A stretch of DNA of 63,852 nucleotides, filler included. It is 4 parts of 4 records of this genome, joined end to end, with 100 filler letters (N's around TTAATTAATTAA, not from the genome) between each part and the next. Parts side by side here need not be neighbours in the genome. Positions count along the whole stretch, not along the records: positions 34,943 to 52,333 come from DRR378314_1628; 3 more parts are not named here. One strand, written 5' to 3'. The notes below the pieces were generated by a model. The model worked only from the letters and a program-made list of their open reading frames with translations. It was not told the DNA's origin and did not search any database. Both the position numbers and the translations under genes were made by a program. Below are positions 34,943-45,846 of this stretch, in pieces; position 1 is the first letter of the stretch, and every line of letters begins with the position of its first letter.

Positions 34943-35731
34943 CAGCAGGCCGACGATGTAGTAGCCTTCGATGAAGCGGCCGTTTTCGTCGAAGAAGAAG
35001 CAGCGGTCGTAGTCGCCGTCCCAGGCGATGCCCATGGCGGCGCCGTGTTCGATGACCGCTTCGGCGGTGGCGGCGCGGTTTTCTTCCAGAATGGGGTTCG
35101 GTACCCCGTTCGGGAAGTTACCGTCAGCCTGATGGTGCACTTTGACGACATCAAACGGCAGGTGCTGCTCCAACTCATCGATGATCAACCCTGCCCCACC
35201 GTTGCCGGCATTGACCACGATGGTCATTGGTTTGAGCGACCCTGAGTCGATATACCCCAGCAAGTGATCAATATAGGCGGTGGTGACTTCCAGAGGTTCG
35301 TATCGCCCCTGTTCCGGGGCGTTGCCGAAAGGCTCCGGCACCCGGTCTCGGATGTCATTCAGGCCGTTGTCGGAGCTGATGGGCCGCGAATCCGGGCCCA
35401 CCATTTTCATGCCGTTGTGGTCCCGGGGGTTGTGACTGGCGGTGACCATGATGCCACCGTCCATCTCGTAATGGCTGGTGGCAAAATAGACCAGTTCCGT
35501 GCCGCACAGGCCGATGTCGAACACGTCCGCACCGGCGGCCATCAGGCCGGAACTGAGGGCGTCGGCAATCTCGTGGCTGGATAGGCGGATGTCATAACCG
35601 ACAATCACACGTTTCGCACCGGTTACTTCCACATAGGCGCGGCCAATGCGCTCGGCCAGCTGTGGGTTGAGCTGGTCTGGCACACGGCCACGAAGGTCAT
35701 AGGCTTTAAAACAGGACAGATCCATTGTCAC
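34943..35731 (-). CDS. manB: Phosphomannomutase/phosphoglucomutase (CpsG/ManB type), 3'-truncated by the contig end
   Basis: FKAYDLRG, phosphoserine loop VTASHNP, metal loop WDGDYDR. Confidence 0.92.
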
Positions 35732-35737
35732 TGATGA

Positions 35738-36214
35738 TTACTCCGCGGCGGACGACTGAAGCTGGATGTAATTCTGGACTCCCATCTTGCCAATCATGTC
35801 GAGCTGGGTTTCCAACCAGTCAATGTGCTCTTCTTCGCTGTCCAGAATGCTGCGGAACAATTCGCGACTGGTGAAGTCCTGCACCTGCTCGCAGTGGATC
35901 ACGGCCTCTTTGAGGTCTTTGTGAGCGATCATTTCCAACTTGAGGTCACAGGACAGCATCTCTTCGACATTCTCGCCAATCAGCAGCTTGTTGAGGTCCT
36001 GGAGATTCGGCAGGCCTTCCAGAAACAGGATCCGTTCAATCAACTGATCCGCATGCTTCATTTCGTCGATGGACTCTTCGTATTCCTTGTCCGCCAGTTT
36101 GGTGATGCCCCAATCCTTGTACATACGGGAGTGCAGGAAATACTGATTGATGGCGGTCAGCTCGTTGGCGAGCACTTTATTGAGAAACTGGATGACTTTC
36201 TTGTCGCCTTTCAT
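35738..36214 (-). CDS. bfr: Bacterioferritin
   Basis: [39 protein letters not shown]. Confidence 0.97.
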   Translation of the reverse strand: MKGDKKVIQFLNKVLANELTAINQYFLHSRMYKDWGITKLADKEYEESIDEMKHADQLIERILFLEGLPNLQDLNKLLIGENVEEMLSCDLKLEMIAHKDLKEAVIHCEQVQDFTSRELFRSILDSEEEHIDWLETQLDMIGKMGVQNYIQLQSSAAE

Positions 36215-36335
36215 GACGGATCTCCTTGCGTGGATGGGCAATCTCTACAATCTACAAGGATAGTCTTTCACACAGGGAGAAAAAATCACATTTGGGAATT
36301 ATGTGCAGGCAAGAACCGCTAGCGCTCACGCTCTG

Positions 36336-36542
36336 TCAGGCTGGCTGGGCCAGCATGTCCGCCATGGCCAGGTAATCCGGGGTGCGGCTTTCGCGCAGGA
36401 TTTCCCGCGCAGTACAGGCACAGCGGCCGCATTGAGTCCCTACGCCAAGCTCTTTGCCAAGCTGACGCATGGAGCTGACACCGTTGTCGGCCGCTTCACG
36501 AATTTCTCGGTCGGTTACACCATGGCAAAGGCATACATACAT
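36336..36542 (-). CDS. bfd: Bacterioferritin-associated ferredoxin
   Basis: MYVCLCHGVTD...CGRC; adjacent to bfr. Confidence 0.95.
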   Translation of the reverse strand: MYVCLCHGVTDREIREAADNGVSSMRQLGKELGVGTQCGRCACTAREILRESRTPDYLAMADMLAQPA

Positions 36543-36574
36543 AAGGGCGTCTCACTGGCAGTAACAAAGCTAGT

Positions 36575-36593
36575 GATAATTATTGTCATTTGC
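36575..36593. promoter_or_regulatory. Fur box upstream of bfd
   Basis: GATAATTATTGTCATTTGC matches GATAATGATAATCATTATC at 14/19; overlaps a minus-strand TTGCAA-17-AATAAT promoter candidate. Confidence 0.8.
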
Positions 36594-36640
36594 ATGCGGC
36601 TTTGCAAGCCCTGTGAGCGTTTTTTATGCAAAGTATTGTT

Positions 36641-37933
36641 TCAACCGCCCGCCTCACGGGTCAGATTCCGGGCCCCGCCGTTGGTAACAGCCACGTTGTC
36701 TTCAATACGAATGCCTCCGCAACCCCGCAGCTCATCAATGACGGCGTGATTGAAGTGCGCCTTGAAAGGCCCCTTTAGCAGCGGCTCGAGCAACGACGGG
36801 ATGATATACAGGCCCGGCTCTATGGTCACAACCATACCTGCCTCCAGGGTTCGGGTCAGTCGCAGGAAAGGCGCGTCGGCCGGCGAAGGCTCGAGTTTGC
36901 CGGCGACATCGTGCACCTGCACCCCCAGAAAGTGGCCAATGCCGTGGGGAAAGAATGCCCGGGTAATGCCCTCCCGAACGAGGGTTTCGTCATCCAATCC
37001 GGACACCACGCCCGCGGCGCTCAATAAGGCTGCAATGCCCTGGTGGGCCTTGCGATGGATGGCCACGTAGTCAACGTCAGGGGCAACCATCCCGCACAGG
37101 CGTCTCTGCAACTGCTCAAGGCCTTGCACCAGGGCGGCGAATCGGCCCTCGCCCGCGGCGGGAGTGGTACGGGTGATATCGGAACAATACCCGCGAAAGC
37201 GGACACCCGCATCGATCAACAAACTGCGGGAGCGTATCGGTGCTTTCGTGTCGTAATACTGATAATGCAGGGTGCCCGCGTGTTCATTGACACCGATAAT
37301 GCTGTGGTAGGGCGCGTCCGCTTCACGCTGCCCCGTCGCTGCCTGGTACGCAAGATTGATGTCAAATTCACTGCCACCGGCAAGAAAGGCGTCACGGGCC
37401 GCCTTATGGCCGCGTATGGCGATGTCGTTGGCACGGGCGAGGCAGGCTATTTCATAGGGGGTTTTATGCACCCGGGTTTCATCCACAGCCGCCAGCAGAC
37501 TTGCTGGGTTATGATCCCCGGGCACTCCGCCCAACACCAATGGATCACCGAGCACCGCAATCGCGCCGCCACTTTCAATCGTCGGCGCTTCCCGACAATC
37601 GGTGAAACGCACCTCGATCACCTGCTGCCAGGGCTCGTCTGGCAGTTCGTGATTGGCGTGCCAGAAGTCCACTGGCTGGTAGAGATAAAGCAACGGCTTT
37701 TGGCCGGGGCGAATCAGCAACCAGCTATGCTCCTGGCCAGTCAGCCCGGTCCAGTGCAGAAAGGGGCCGTAACCCTGGAAATGCCAGGACTGGTCGTCGC
37801 CATACCGCAGCGGCGCAGCCCCGGAACTGATCAGCACACCGTCATACTCATGAGTCGCCATGGCGCTCTCGTACCGACGCTGAAGCGTCTGGATGTGATC
37901 CGTCTGCATAGACAGTAACTCGGTGTCAGGCAT
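36641..37933 (-). CDS. pepQ: Xaa-Pro dipeptidase (prolidase)
   Basis: TLHY, LIDAG..GYCSDITRT, PHGIGHFLGVQVHDV, TIEPGLY, GGIRIEDN. Confidence 0.93.
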   Translation of the reverse strand: MPDTELLSMQTDHIQTLQRRYESAMATHEYDGVLISSGAAPLRYGDDQSWHFQGYGPFLHWTGLTGQEHSWLLIRPGQKPLLYLYQPVDFWHANHELPDEPWQQVIEVRFTDCREAPTIESGGAIAVLGDPLVLGGVPGDHNPASLLAAVDETRVHKTPYEIACLARANDIAIRGHKAARDAFLAGGSEFDINLAYQAATGQREADAPYHSIIGVNEHAGTLHYQYYDTKAPIRSRSLLIDAGVRFRGYCSDITRTTPAAGEGRFAALVQGLEQLQRRLCGMVAPDVDYVAIHRKAHQGIAALLSAAGVVSGLDDETLVREGITRAFFPHGIGHFLGVQVHDVAGKLEPSPADAPFLRLTRTLEAGMVVTIEPGLYIIPSLLEPLLKGPFKAHFNHAVIDELRGCGGIRIEDNVAVTNGGARNLTREAGG

Positions 37934-38840
37934 GGTTGCTTTCCAGTGTTTTCCAGAGTGTGAGTAAATCGTCAGAACGGGGCTCACGCAGGCGGATCAA
38001 ACGGATCTCCAGCGGCACATCACACCGCTTGTCGCCCGCCCGGGCCAAGCTGCCAAAATGCTCGCTTTTTTCAGTCATGCGCTGAGGGAGCCAACCCATG
38101 CCAAAGCCCTGCTTCACCAGTGCCTTGATACTGGCGGACTGGGTATTTTCGTTCAGTGGCAACAGGTTGGCGGACAATTTTCTGCGGCTCAGGTGCCCTT
38201 CAATGGCGGACTGCAAAAACCCACGCGCGTGATAGGCAATCAATGGAACGGGCTGTTCCGGCGTTCCTGGCAGCGCGAATCGGGGTTGTCCGTTTTCATC
38301 GGCCACACTGACTGGCACCAGGAACTCCCTGGCGAGGGTCAACCATTCATAGCGATCCGCGCTCAGGTGCTCCTTCCAGGGCAAATCCTCGTGCCAATAG
38401 CAAAGCACAAGGTCGCATTCGCCGTTGTCCAGGGCATCCAGGAACTGCTCTCCCACCCAACTGGTGGCTTTCAGATTCAGTTGCAGGCGCTCGGCCAGCC
38501 CTGCCTCCCGCGCCCAGCCCTGGTAGAAATGAGAGAAAAGCCCCTGGGTTGAGCCCACGCTGATTCGAGCGGACGCTTCCGCTTCCATGTTGTTAATACG
38601 GTCCCTGGTCTCACGCACATCGCGGGTGACCCGCTCGCACAACTCCACAAACGCCTCCCCCGCCGGTGTCAGTGACAATGGCAGGGTCTGGCGGTTGACC
38701 AGGGTTGCGCCCATCGCCTCCTCAAGGAGCCTGATACGGCGACTGAACGTCGGCTGGCTCACGTGTTGCAGCTCCGCAGCACGCGAGAAATGGCGCGTTC
38801 GTGCCAACGCCATAAAGTCTTCAAGCCAGCGAATTTCCAT
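37926..38840 (-). CDS. LysR family transcriptional regulator
   Basis: WLEDFMAL...HFSRAAELQHVSQPTFSRRIRLLE HTH. Confidence 0.93.
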   Translation of the reverse strand: MEIRWLEDFMALARTRHFSRAAELQHVSQPTFSRRIRLLEEAMGATLVNRQTLPLSLTPAGEAFVELCERVTRDVRETRDRINNMEAEASARISVGSTQGLFSHFYQGWAREAGLAERLQLNLKATSWVGEQFLDALDNGECDLVLCYWHEDLPWKEHLSADRYEWLTLAREFLVPVSVADENGQPRFALPGTPEQPVPLIAYHARGFLQSAIEGHLSRRKLSANLLPLNENTQSASIKALVKQGFGMGWLPQRMTEKSEHFGSLARAGDKRCDVPLEIRLIRLREPRSDDLLTLWKTLESNHA

Positions 38841-38897
38841 GGGATCACCAGGGTCGTCTAGAGTTTTCAGGCATCATAGCCCATCGGCAGGAAACGG

Positions 38898-39917
38898 CTA
38901 TAACCGTCCTTCCTCCACCGCATGACAGGCAACCTGAGCCCCCCCGTCCGTGGCAATCAAGCGAGGTATTTCCTGCCGGCAGCGGTCGTTAGCGTACGGG
39001 CAGCGGCCGTGGAACACACAGCCCGAGGGAAGCTGTACCGGCGTAGGCACTTCTCCCTGCAGGCGAATGTGATTGGGCCGATCGTCTTCCAGTTTCGGAA
39101 TCGCCGACAGCAGCGCCTGGGTGTAGGGATGACGCGGCGTGCTGAACAGTGTTCGGGTGTCCGCCAGCTCACACACGCGCCCCAGGTACATAACCGCCAC
39201 GCGGGTGCCGAAATGCTCCACCACCGCCAGGTCGTGGGTGATGAACAGGTAAGTCAGGTTACGGCTTTCCTGGGCATCCATCAGCAGGTTCAGCACCTGT
39301 GCCTGAATGGATACGTCCAGAGCGGAAATCGGCTCGTCCGCAACGATGAATTCAGGGTCCACGGCCAACGCCCGCGCAATCGCGATGCGCTGGCGCTGAC
39401 CGCCAGAGAATTCATGACCAAAGCGACTGCCCCAGTCCGGGTCAATACCGACCGACTCCATGACCTCCTGCACCTTGTCTCCGATCTGATCCTCCGAGAC
39501 ATCCGGCTGGTGAAAGCGGATAGGCTCTTCCAGGGTCTGCTGAATGGTCATCCTCGGGTTCAGGGAGGCATAGGGGTTCTGGAAAATCATCTGCATCTTG
39601 CGGCGGTATGGCAGCACTTCCCGGCCGTCCAGATTGTCGATGCGGTGGCCATCGTAGTGGATCTCTCCGGCGCTGGGGGACAACAGCCCCATGACCGTGC
39701 GGGCCACCGTGGATTTACCGCAACCGGACTCACCCACCACACACAGGGCCTCACCTTTCTGAACCTGCAGATCAACGCCATTGATGGCATGCACGGCTTC
39801 CTGTTTCCGATGAAACCGGCCGCCCTTGAACGAGATCTGCTCCAGCAGACCGCCGGAAAGATCAAACTTCTTCTCCAGGCCGCGAATATCCACCAATGTG
39901 GATGATGGGGAGGTCAC
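38898..39917 (-). CDS. Peptide ABC transporter ATP-binding protein (DppF/OppF type)
   Basis: GESGCGKST, FSGGQRQR, DEPISALD, C-terminal GCVFHGRC. Confidence 0.93.
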   Translation of the reverse strand: MTSPSSTLVDIRGLEKKFDLSGGLLEQISFKGGRFHRKQEAVHAINGVDLQVQKGEALCVVGESGCGKSTVARTVMGLLSPSAGEIHYDGHRIDNLDGREVLPYRRKMQMIFQNPYASLNPRMTIQQTLEEPIRFHQPDVSEDQIGDKVQEVMESVGIDPDWGSRFGHEFSGGQRQRIAIARALAVDPEFIVADEPISALDVSIQAQVLNLLMDAQESRNLTYLFITHDLAVVEHFGTRVAVMYLGRVCELADTRTLFSTPRHPYTQALLSAIPKLEDDRPNHIRLQGEVPTPVQLPSGCVFHGRCPYANDRCRQEIPRLIATDGGAQVACHAVEEGRL

Positions 39918-40912
39918 GATTCCACCTCCTGCATGCGTTTCTCCTGCTCAATAAGGTTACTGACTTCATAACAGGCCACGTCCACATTGCCGGAGCGGAC
40001 ATACTCGGGCATCAGGCGCGTGCACTGATCGGTAGCGAAGGCACAGCGCGGATGGAAAGGGCAGCCTGTGGGTACGTTCTTCAGGGACGGCATGGAGCCG
40101 GGAATCTGGAACAACCGTTCGCCGGGCTCGCCCATCTGTGGCAACGCATTGATCAGCCCCTGGGTATAGGGGTGCTGGGCGTCATTAATAATCTCCCGCG
40201 TGGGCCCCTGTTCGATAATCCGACCGGAATACATCACCAGCATGCGTTGAGTGACCTGCGACACCACGCCCAGGTCATGGGTGATCAGCATCAACGCCAC
40301 GTTTTCCTGCTCACACAGCTCCAACAACAGAGCCATGATCTCCGCCTGAATCGTTACGTCCAGAGCCGTGGTCGGCTCATCGGCGATGATGATCTCCGGG
40401 TCCAGCAGCAGCGCGATGGCAATGATCACGCGCTGGCGCATGCCACCGGACAGCTCGTGAGGATACTGATCCAGACGTTTGTCCGGCGACGGAATCTGCA
40501 CCTTGCGCAATTTGTTCAAGGCGATATCGCGGGCTGCCCGGGTGCTGATTCGTCGATGCGCCTTGAGCGCTTCCACCATCTGCGTGCCAATGGTCAGGAC
40601 CGGATTCAGGGTCATCATCGGATCCTGGAAAATCATCGCAATGCGATTGCCGCGGATTTTCCGCAACTCCCGCTCGCCCATGGCCGCAAGGTCCCTGCCT
40701 TCGAACAAAATCTGCCCGCTGGCAATGTAGCCGGGCCGGGCAATCAGATTGAGAATGGAAAAGGCCGCCACGGACTTACCGGCACCGGACTCGCCCACCA
40801 ACCCCAGGCGCTCTCCCTTGTCGAGACTGAAGCTGATGCCTCGCAGGGCGGTGAGGTCACCACCGCGTACGGCGAAGCGGGCCACAAGATCTTTTACTTC
40901 CAGCAATGGCAT
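39914..40912 (-). CDS. Peptide ABC transporter ATP-binding protein (DppD/OppD type)
   Basis: [32 protein letters not shown]. Confidence 0.93.
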   Translation of the reverse strand: MPLLEVKDLVARFAVRGGDLTALRGISFSLDKGERLGLVGESGAGKSVAAFSILNLIARPGYIASGQILFEGRDLAAMGERELRKIRGNRIAMIFQDPMMTLNPVLTIGTQMVEALKAHRRISTRAARDIALNKLRKVQIPSPDKRLDQYPHELSGGMRQRVIIAIALLLDPEIIIADEPTTALDVTIQAEIMALLLELCEQENVALMLITHDLGVVSQVTQRMLVMYSGRIIEQGPTREIINDAQHPYTQGLINALPQMGEPGERLFQIPGSMPSLKNVPTGCPFHPRCAFATDQCTRLMPEYVRSGNVDVACYEVSNLIEQEKRMQEVES

Positions 40913-40916
40913 GGCG

Positions 40917-41849
40917 TTACCCCTTGTACAGCCGTGGGTTCATGACATCCCGCAACCAGTCACCCAGCAGGTTGATGACCAGTACGAGCACCACCAGCAC
41001 CAGGCCGGGGATCAGCGAGATCCACCAGGAGCCACTCTGGATGTAATCGAAGCCGGACTTGATCAGTGAGCCCAGCGACGGCTGGGTTTCCGGCATACCC
41101 AGACCAAGGAACGACAGCGCCGCCTCGGAAATAATGGCGTTGGCGATCTGCACAGTGGCGATGACAAAAATCGGTGACAGGGTGTTGGGCAGGATGTGGC
41201 GGAACATGATTCGGCCAGTACGGAAACCCATGACCTTGGCCGCGTCCACGTATTCCTTTTTCTTTTCCGCCAGCACGGAAGCCCGCACGGTGCGGGCAAT
41301 CTGGGGCCATTCGGCGACACCGATGATAAAAATCAGCATGTAGATGGCGATCTCACCGAACATCAGGTTGCCGAAGCTGGCCTTGAATACCGCCCCCACG
41401 ATGATCGCGACCATCAGGGTGGAGAACGACAGCTGAACGTCCGCAATGCGCATCAGGATGGAGTCCACCCTGCCTCCCAGATAGCCTGCCAACAGGCCGA
41501 ACAGGATGCCTAACGCCGCCTGCAGAACAACGGCACCAAACCCGATCAGCAGCGACACCCGGGTGCCGTAGAGAATCGTGGATAGCAGGTCTCGCCCCTG
41601 GGCGTCGGTGCCCAGGGGAAAGGCCGGATCGGAGCCGTCCAGGCCAACCGGCGGCAGCTCAGAGTTCATGATATTGATCTGGGCCAGGTCATAGGGGTCC
41701 GCCGGCGCCAGCAAGGGCGCAAAGATAGCGGACAGCACCATGGACACCAGCACGATAAAACTGGCAATGGCCACCTTGTCGCGCTTGAAGCTGTACCAGA
41801 GGAAGGACTCGCGAAAGCGATCCCAGCGTGAAAGAGTCGCCGTCGTCAT
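40917..41849 (-). CDS. Peptide ABC transporter permease (DppC type)
   Basis: LGTDAQGRD, EYVDAAKVMG, EAALSFLGLG. Confidence 0.92.
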   Translation of the reverse strand: MTTATLSRWDRFRESFLWYSFKRDKVAIASFIVLVSMVLSAIFAPLLAPADPYDLAQINIMNSELPPVGLDGSDPAFPLGTDAQGRDLLSTILYGTRVSLLIGFGAVVLQAALGILFGLLAGYLGGRVDSILMRIADVQLSFSTLMVAIIVGAVFKASFGNLMFGEIAIYMLIFIIGVAEWPQIARTVRASVLAEKKKEYVDAAKVMGFRTGRIMFRHILPNTLSPIFVIATVQIANAIISEAALSFLGLGMPETQPSLGSLIKSGFDYIQSGSWWISLIPGLVLVVLVLVINLLGDWLRDVMNPRLYKG

Positions 41850-42895
41850 GCTTTCTTACCTGTCAGTTTTACAGTGGGGTTGACCAGGCCATAGACCAGA
41901 TCCACCACGGTGTTGGTAATGACAAAAATCAGGCCCACCACCATCAGGTAAGCCACGATCAGGGGAATGTCGCTGCGGGTAATGGCCTCCAGGAACATCA
42001 GCCCGACGCCCGGCCACTGGAACACCGTTTCCGTAAGGATGGTGTAGGCCACCATAATGCCGATCTGCACACCACCGACCGTAATCACCGGCAGCATGGT
42101 GTTCTTGAGCGCGTGCAGGAAATAGACCCGAGAAGAGCTCAGACCCTTGGCACGGGCGTAACGGATGTAATCGCTCTGCAGCACTTCCATCATTTCCGCG
42201 CGAATCAGCCGGATGAACAGTGGCAACATGATGGAGGCCAGCGACACCGACGGCAGTATCAGGTGCAGAATGCCACCCTGGGAGAAAAAGCCGGATTCCC
42301 AGGTACCGAAAAGCGGCGTGAGCTCATCACCGCGGCCGTAGGAGGGTAGACCGCCCTCAGTGGAGAATACGGCATTCAGCCACTGGCCCCAGCCAGTATC
42401 CTGCGGGAACCAGTCAACGGTGACGCCAATCGAGAACAACTGGATCAATACGATGGCGGTCAGGAAGACCGGGATGGAGATCCCGACCGTACTGACCCCC
42501 ATGAAGAATTTGGACAACCAGGCCTGTGGCCGGATCGCGGCGTAGACGCCAATAGGCACTGAAAAGAGAATAATAATCAGACTGGCACCGATCACCAGCT
42601 CCAGAGTGGCTGGCAGGTGCTCAAGGATCACCTCCAGAGTGGGCTTGCCGTAGAAATAGGACGTGCCCAAATCACCCTGCAGGGCGTTGCCGGCAAAGGC
42701 CAGGTATTGCACCACCAGCGGGTCATTGAGGCCCATTTCTTCACGGATTGCCTCCCGCTCGTCCTGCGATACAGACATGCCCACCATCTGCTGAAGCGGG
42801 TCGCCGAGACCGTCCTGAATGGCGAAGGCAATCACACTGATCACAAACATGACCAGCAACGCCTGGGAAATCCGCTGAACCAAAAACGCTAACAT
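41846..42895 (-). CDS. Peptide ABC transporter permease (DppB type)
   Basis: GDLGTS, DYIRYARAKGL, ETVFQWPGVG. Confidence 0.92.
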   Translation of the reverse strand: MLAFLVQRISQALLVMFVISVIAFAIQDGLGDPLQQMVGMSVSQDEREAIREEMGLNDPLVVQYLAFAGNALQGDLGTSYFYGKPTLEVILEHLPATLELVIGASLIIILFSVPIGVYAAIRPQAWLSKFFMGVSTVGISIPVFLTAIVLIQLFSIGVTVDWFPQDTGWGQWLNAVFSTEGGLPSYGRGDELTPLFGTWESGFFSQGGILHLILPSVSLASIMLPLFIRLIRAEMMEVLQSDYIRYARAKGLSSSRVYFLHALKNTMLPVITVGGVQIGIMVAYTILTETVFQWPGVGLMFLEAITRSDIPLIVAYLMVVGLIFVITNTVVDLVYGLVNPTVKLTGKKA

Positions 42896-42918
42896 GGAAA
42901 TATTCCGGATAAAGCTGT

Positions 42919-42956
42919 AAACAAAAGGCCGGCTCCAGAATGCTCCGAAGCCGGCC
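42919..42956 (-). terminator. Intercistronic stem-loop or partial terminator after the binding-protein gene
   Basis: Minus strand GGCCGGCTTCGGA-GCAT-TCTGGAGCCGGCC-TTTTGTTT (13-bp stem with two G-U pairs). Confidence 0.7.
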
Positions 42957-42971
42957 AGCCCTTAAAGGCAG

Positions 42972-44534
42972 TTATTCAACGACCAGGTCGCCCAGGTACG
43001 GGAAGTTCATTACGTTGAGGATCGGTTCGATCTTCACGTTCTTCTTGCTGGCCCAGGCCAGATCCTGCCAATGCAGCGGAACAAACGCGGCATCGTCGTA
43101 CAGGCGCTGCTCTACGTCTTTCAGCATGGCGGCCCGCTTCTCCAGATCCGTTTCCACGTTGGCCTTGTTCACCAGTTCGTCAATCTCTGGGTTGCAGTAG
43201 TTACCGGCGTTGTATTGTCCGGAACCGCTGTCGGCGTCGGGGCAGAAGGTCAGGAACTCGTAGAAGTTGGCGGAGTCTTCGGTATCCGCGTGCCAGCCGA
43301 TCATCATCATATCGGCGGCGCGGGCGTCGTATTCCGGCCAGTACTGGGCTTTCGGCAGGGTTTTCAGGTCCACTTTGATGTTGATGCGGGCGAGCATGGC
43401 CGCCACTGCCTGGGCGATCTTGTCATCGTTCACATAACGATTGTTCGGCGCCATCATGGTGATGGTAAAACCATCGCCGTATCCCGCTTCTTTCATCAGT
43501 TGCTGGGCTTTTTCGACATCAAACCGAGGTTCGAGGGATTCATTGTGGCCCTGGTAACCGTCCGGTGACATCTGGGCGGCAGGCGTTGCAAAGCCCTTCA
43601 TGATTTTGGCCGCGATGCCCTCCTGGTTAATCGCGTAGGCGATCGCCTCGCGAACCTTGGGGTTCTTGAACGCTTCCACTCGATCCTGGTTCATGTGAAA
43701 CAGGATGATGCGGGTACCGCTCATGGTGACCAGATCGGCGTTTTTGTCCCGACGAATACGTTCCAGGTCGGTCGGCGGCACCGGCGCAATAAAGTCCACA
43801 CCGCCGGACAGCAGCGCGGAGACACGGGTGTTGTTTTCCTTGATCGGGGTCAGCACGATCTTGCCGACATTACCCGGGGACTGGGTATCCCAGTAGTCGT
43901 CGAAGCGCTCAAACTCCACACGCACCCCTTGCTGACGACCGGTGATGACATAGGGCCCGGTACCGGACAGGTTTTCCGAGGCGAAGGAGTTGCCATGCTT
44001 GGTGATAGCGCTCTTATCTTTACCGCTATCGGTCTTACCGGTGTAGAACTCACTGTCCAGCGGAAAGATGTACGTAGCGGTGTTCAGAAGCAGCGGGTAT
44101 GGCTCGGAGGTGACCAGCTCAAACGTGTAGTCATCAACGACCTTGAGTTCGCTGAACGGCTTGAAGATGGCTTTGTAATCCTGGCTCTGCTTAAGGCGCT
44201 CAAAGGTGAATTTGACGTCTTTCGCGGTCAGTTCGTTGCCAGAGTGGAATTTCACACCCTCGCGCAGCTCAAAGCGCATGGTGTTCTCATCAATGCGCTC
44301 CCAACTCTCAGCCAGTCTTGGCTCAAAGCCCAGATCCTTGGTCCAGCGGATGAGCGGATCAAAGGTCATGTGGCTCAACTGCAACATGCCACCGGAGAGT
44401 TGTTCGTGGATATCCAGACTTACAGGGTCGGCGTCGTACGCCATTTTCAGTTCCTTGGTCGCCTCGGCTGACATCGCCATTGGGGCGGTGGCCAGGGCCA
44501 TGGAACCAACAAAAGCTGTCAGTAGTGTCTTCAT
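42972..44534 (-). CDS. Peptide ABC transporter substrate-binding protein (family 5, DppA type)
   Basis: Signal peptide MKTLLTAF..AMSA; LAESWE, LREGVKFHSG, GTGPY. Confidence 0.92.
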   Translation of the reverse strand: MKTLLTAFVGSMALATAPMAMSAEATKELKMAYDADPVSLDIHEQLSGGMLQLSHMTFDPLIRWTKDLGFEPRLAESWERIDENTMRFELREGVKFHSGNELTAKDVKFTFERLKQSQDYKAIFKPFSELKVVDDYTFELVTSEPYPLLLNTATYIFPLDSEFYTGKTDSGKDKSAITKHGNSFASENLSGTGPYVITGRQQGVRVEFERFDDYWDTQSPGNVGKIVLTPIKENNTRVSALLSGGVDFIAPVPPTDLERIRRDKNADLVTMSGTRIILFHMNQDRVEAFKNPKVREAIAYAINQEGIAAKIMKGFATPAAQMSPDGYQGHNESLEPRFDVEKAQQLMKEAGYGDGFTITMMAPNNRYVNDDKIAQAVAAMLARINIKVDLKTLPKAQYWPEYDARAADMMMIGWHADTEDSANFYEFLTFCPDADSGSGQYNAGNYCNPEIDELVNKANVETDLEKRAAMLKDVEQRLYDDAAFVPLHWQDLAWASKKNVKIEPILNVMNFPYLGDLVVE

Positions 44535-44687
44535 CGCGTTTTCCGTCGCTGTTTTAAGAATTTTGCGGCACATCGGCGTAGTTTCCCGCCAGATGTCTGC
44601 GCTAAAATCTAGTCGTGGAAAACCCGAACAGCAATCGAAATTGCGACTGGACGTTATTCGTGAAGTGAATGACCCGGTTTGGGGCGC

Positions 44688-45413
44688 TCACCAAAGCCGG
44701 AATGCCAACGGCAGAATCAGAGCGGTACACACCCCGGTCAGCCCCATTCCCAAGGAAGCAAACGCACCAGCGGTGCGGCTGATTTCGAACGCCCGCGCCG
44801 TTCCCAATGCGTGGCCGTTCAACCCGAGCGCAAAGCCCAGAATGCGCTCGTCGGTGATCGACAACGCCCTTGAAAGCAGGTCCACAAAGAGGGTTGCGAC
44901 CACACCGGTCGCCAGAAGACCACCCATCATCAGCGGCACTGACCCGCCCAATTCCTCGGTGATGCCGATGGCGATCGGCGCCGTTACTGACTTGGGCGCG
45001 AGGGAGGCCAGCACCGTCGGTGTCGCACCCAGCGCCCAGCCGATCACGACCGCATACACAGCCGCCAGCGTGGCCGCAACTGGCAAGGTGCACAGAATCG
45101 GGCGCCACAACGCTCGCACGTGGTGCATCTGCTGGTACAGCGGTATCCCCAAGGCAACGGTGGCGGGCCCCAGCAACAGCATCAGCCACTGGGCACCCTG
45201 CAGATACCGGGCGTAATCCAGCGACAGCAGCGCTATGGTGGCCGACAGAAGGAAGGCGGAAAGCACCACTGGCGGCAACCAGATTGGTTGCCCAAGTCGC
45301 CGGAAGAACCAGTTTCCGGCAAAGAACGCACCCAAGGTCAAACCAATCGCCAGTATCGGGCTGGAGGAAAGAGCAGAGGGCAGCGCAAGAAAGCGTTCGA
45401 GCCATTCAGTCAT
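44688..45413 (-). CDS. LrgB family membrane protein
   Basis: LLGPATVALGIPLY, PKSVTAPIA, GHALGTARA. Confidence 0.92.
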   Translation of the reverse strand: MTEWLERFLALPSALSSSPILAIGLTLGAFFAGNWFFRRLGQPIWLPPVVLSAFLLSATIALLSLDYARYLQGAQWLMLLLGPATVALGIPLYQQMHHVRALWRPILCTLPVAATLAAVYAVVIGWALGATPTVLASLAPKSVTAPIAIGITEELGGSVPLMMGGLLATGVVATLFVDLLSRALSITDERILGFALGLNGHALGTARAFEISRTAGAFASLGMGLTGVCTALILPLAFRLW

Positions 45414-45771
45414 CCGCTGATCTCCGCCCGTTGGCCCGGACCAACGCCGCCATTAGCAAAAGCGTGGTCAACACGCTCAAAAAAGTGCCGATCAACAGCG
45501 CAGCCGCCACCGCCAACCACTGCCCACTGAACTGATCAGCCGAGAAAAACACGCCCACCACGCCGGGCATGATCAACAACACCAGTACCGAAATCAGCCC
45601 CTGGCTCGCGGTTGCCAGATCGTCGCTGACACTGCCTTTCAGCATCAACGTGACCGTCATCAGAATCATGCCCAGTACGCCGCCGCTGACCGGCACCAGG
45701 AACACCAGCCGCAAGGCTTCGCCGAACATGAAAAACAGAACCAGAGTCAGGAAACCCCGCAACATCGACAT
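45406..45771 (-). CDS. CidA/LrgA family membrane protein
   Basis: PVSGGVLGM, LLIMPGVVG; overlaps the lrgB start. Confidence 0.88.
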   Translation of the reverse strand: MSMLRGFLTLVLFFMFGEALRLVFLVPVSGGVLGMILMTVTLMLKGSVSDDLATASQGLISVLVLLIMPGVVGVFFSADQFSGQWLAVAAALLIGTFLSVLTTLLLMAALVRANGRRSADD

Positions 45772-45846
45772 ATTGTCATGCTCACCCAGTAAAGAATTGC
45801 TCTACACTAGCCCATACTCAAAGTTTGACACCAGTTCGGATACCCC

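Noticed and set aside
44688-45771. cidA/lrgB read as a prophage holin-antiholin module
   Set aside because: This is a common chromosomal membrane-protein pair, with no phage genes nearby.
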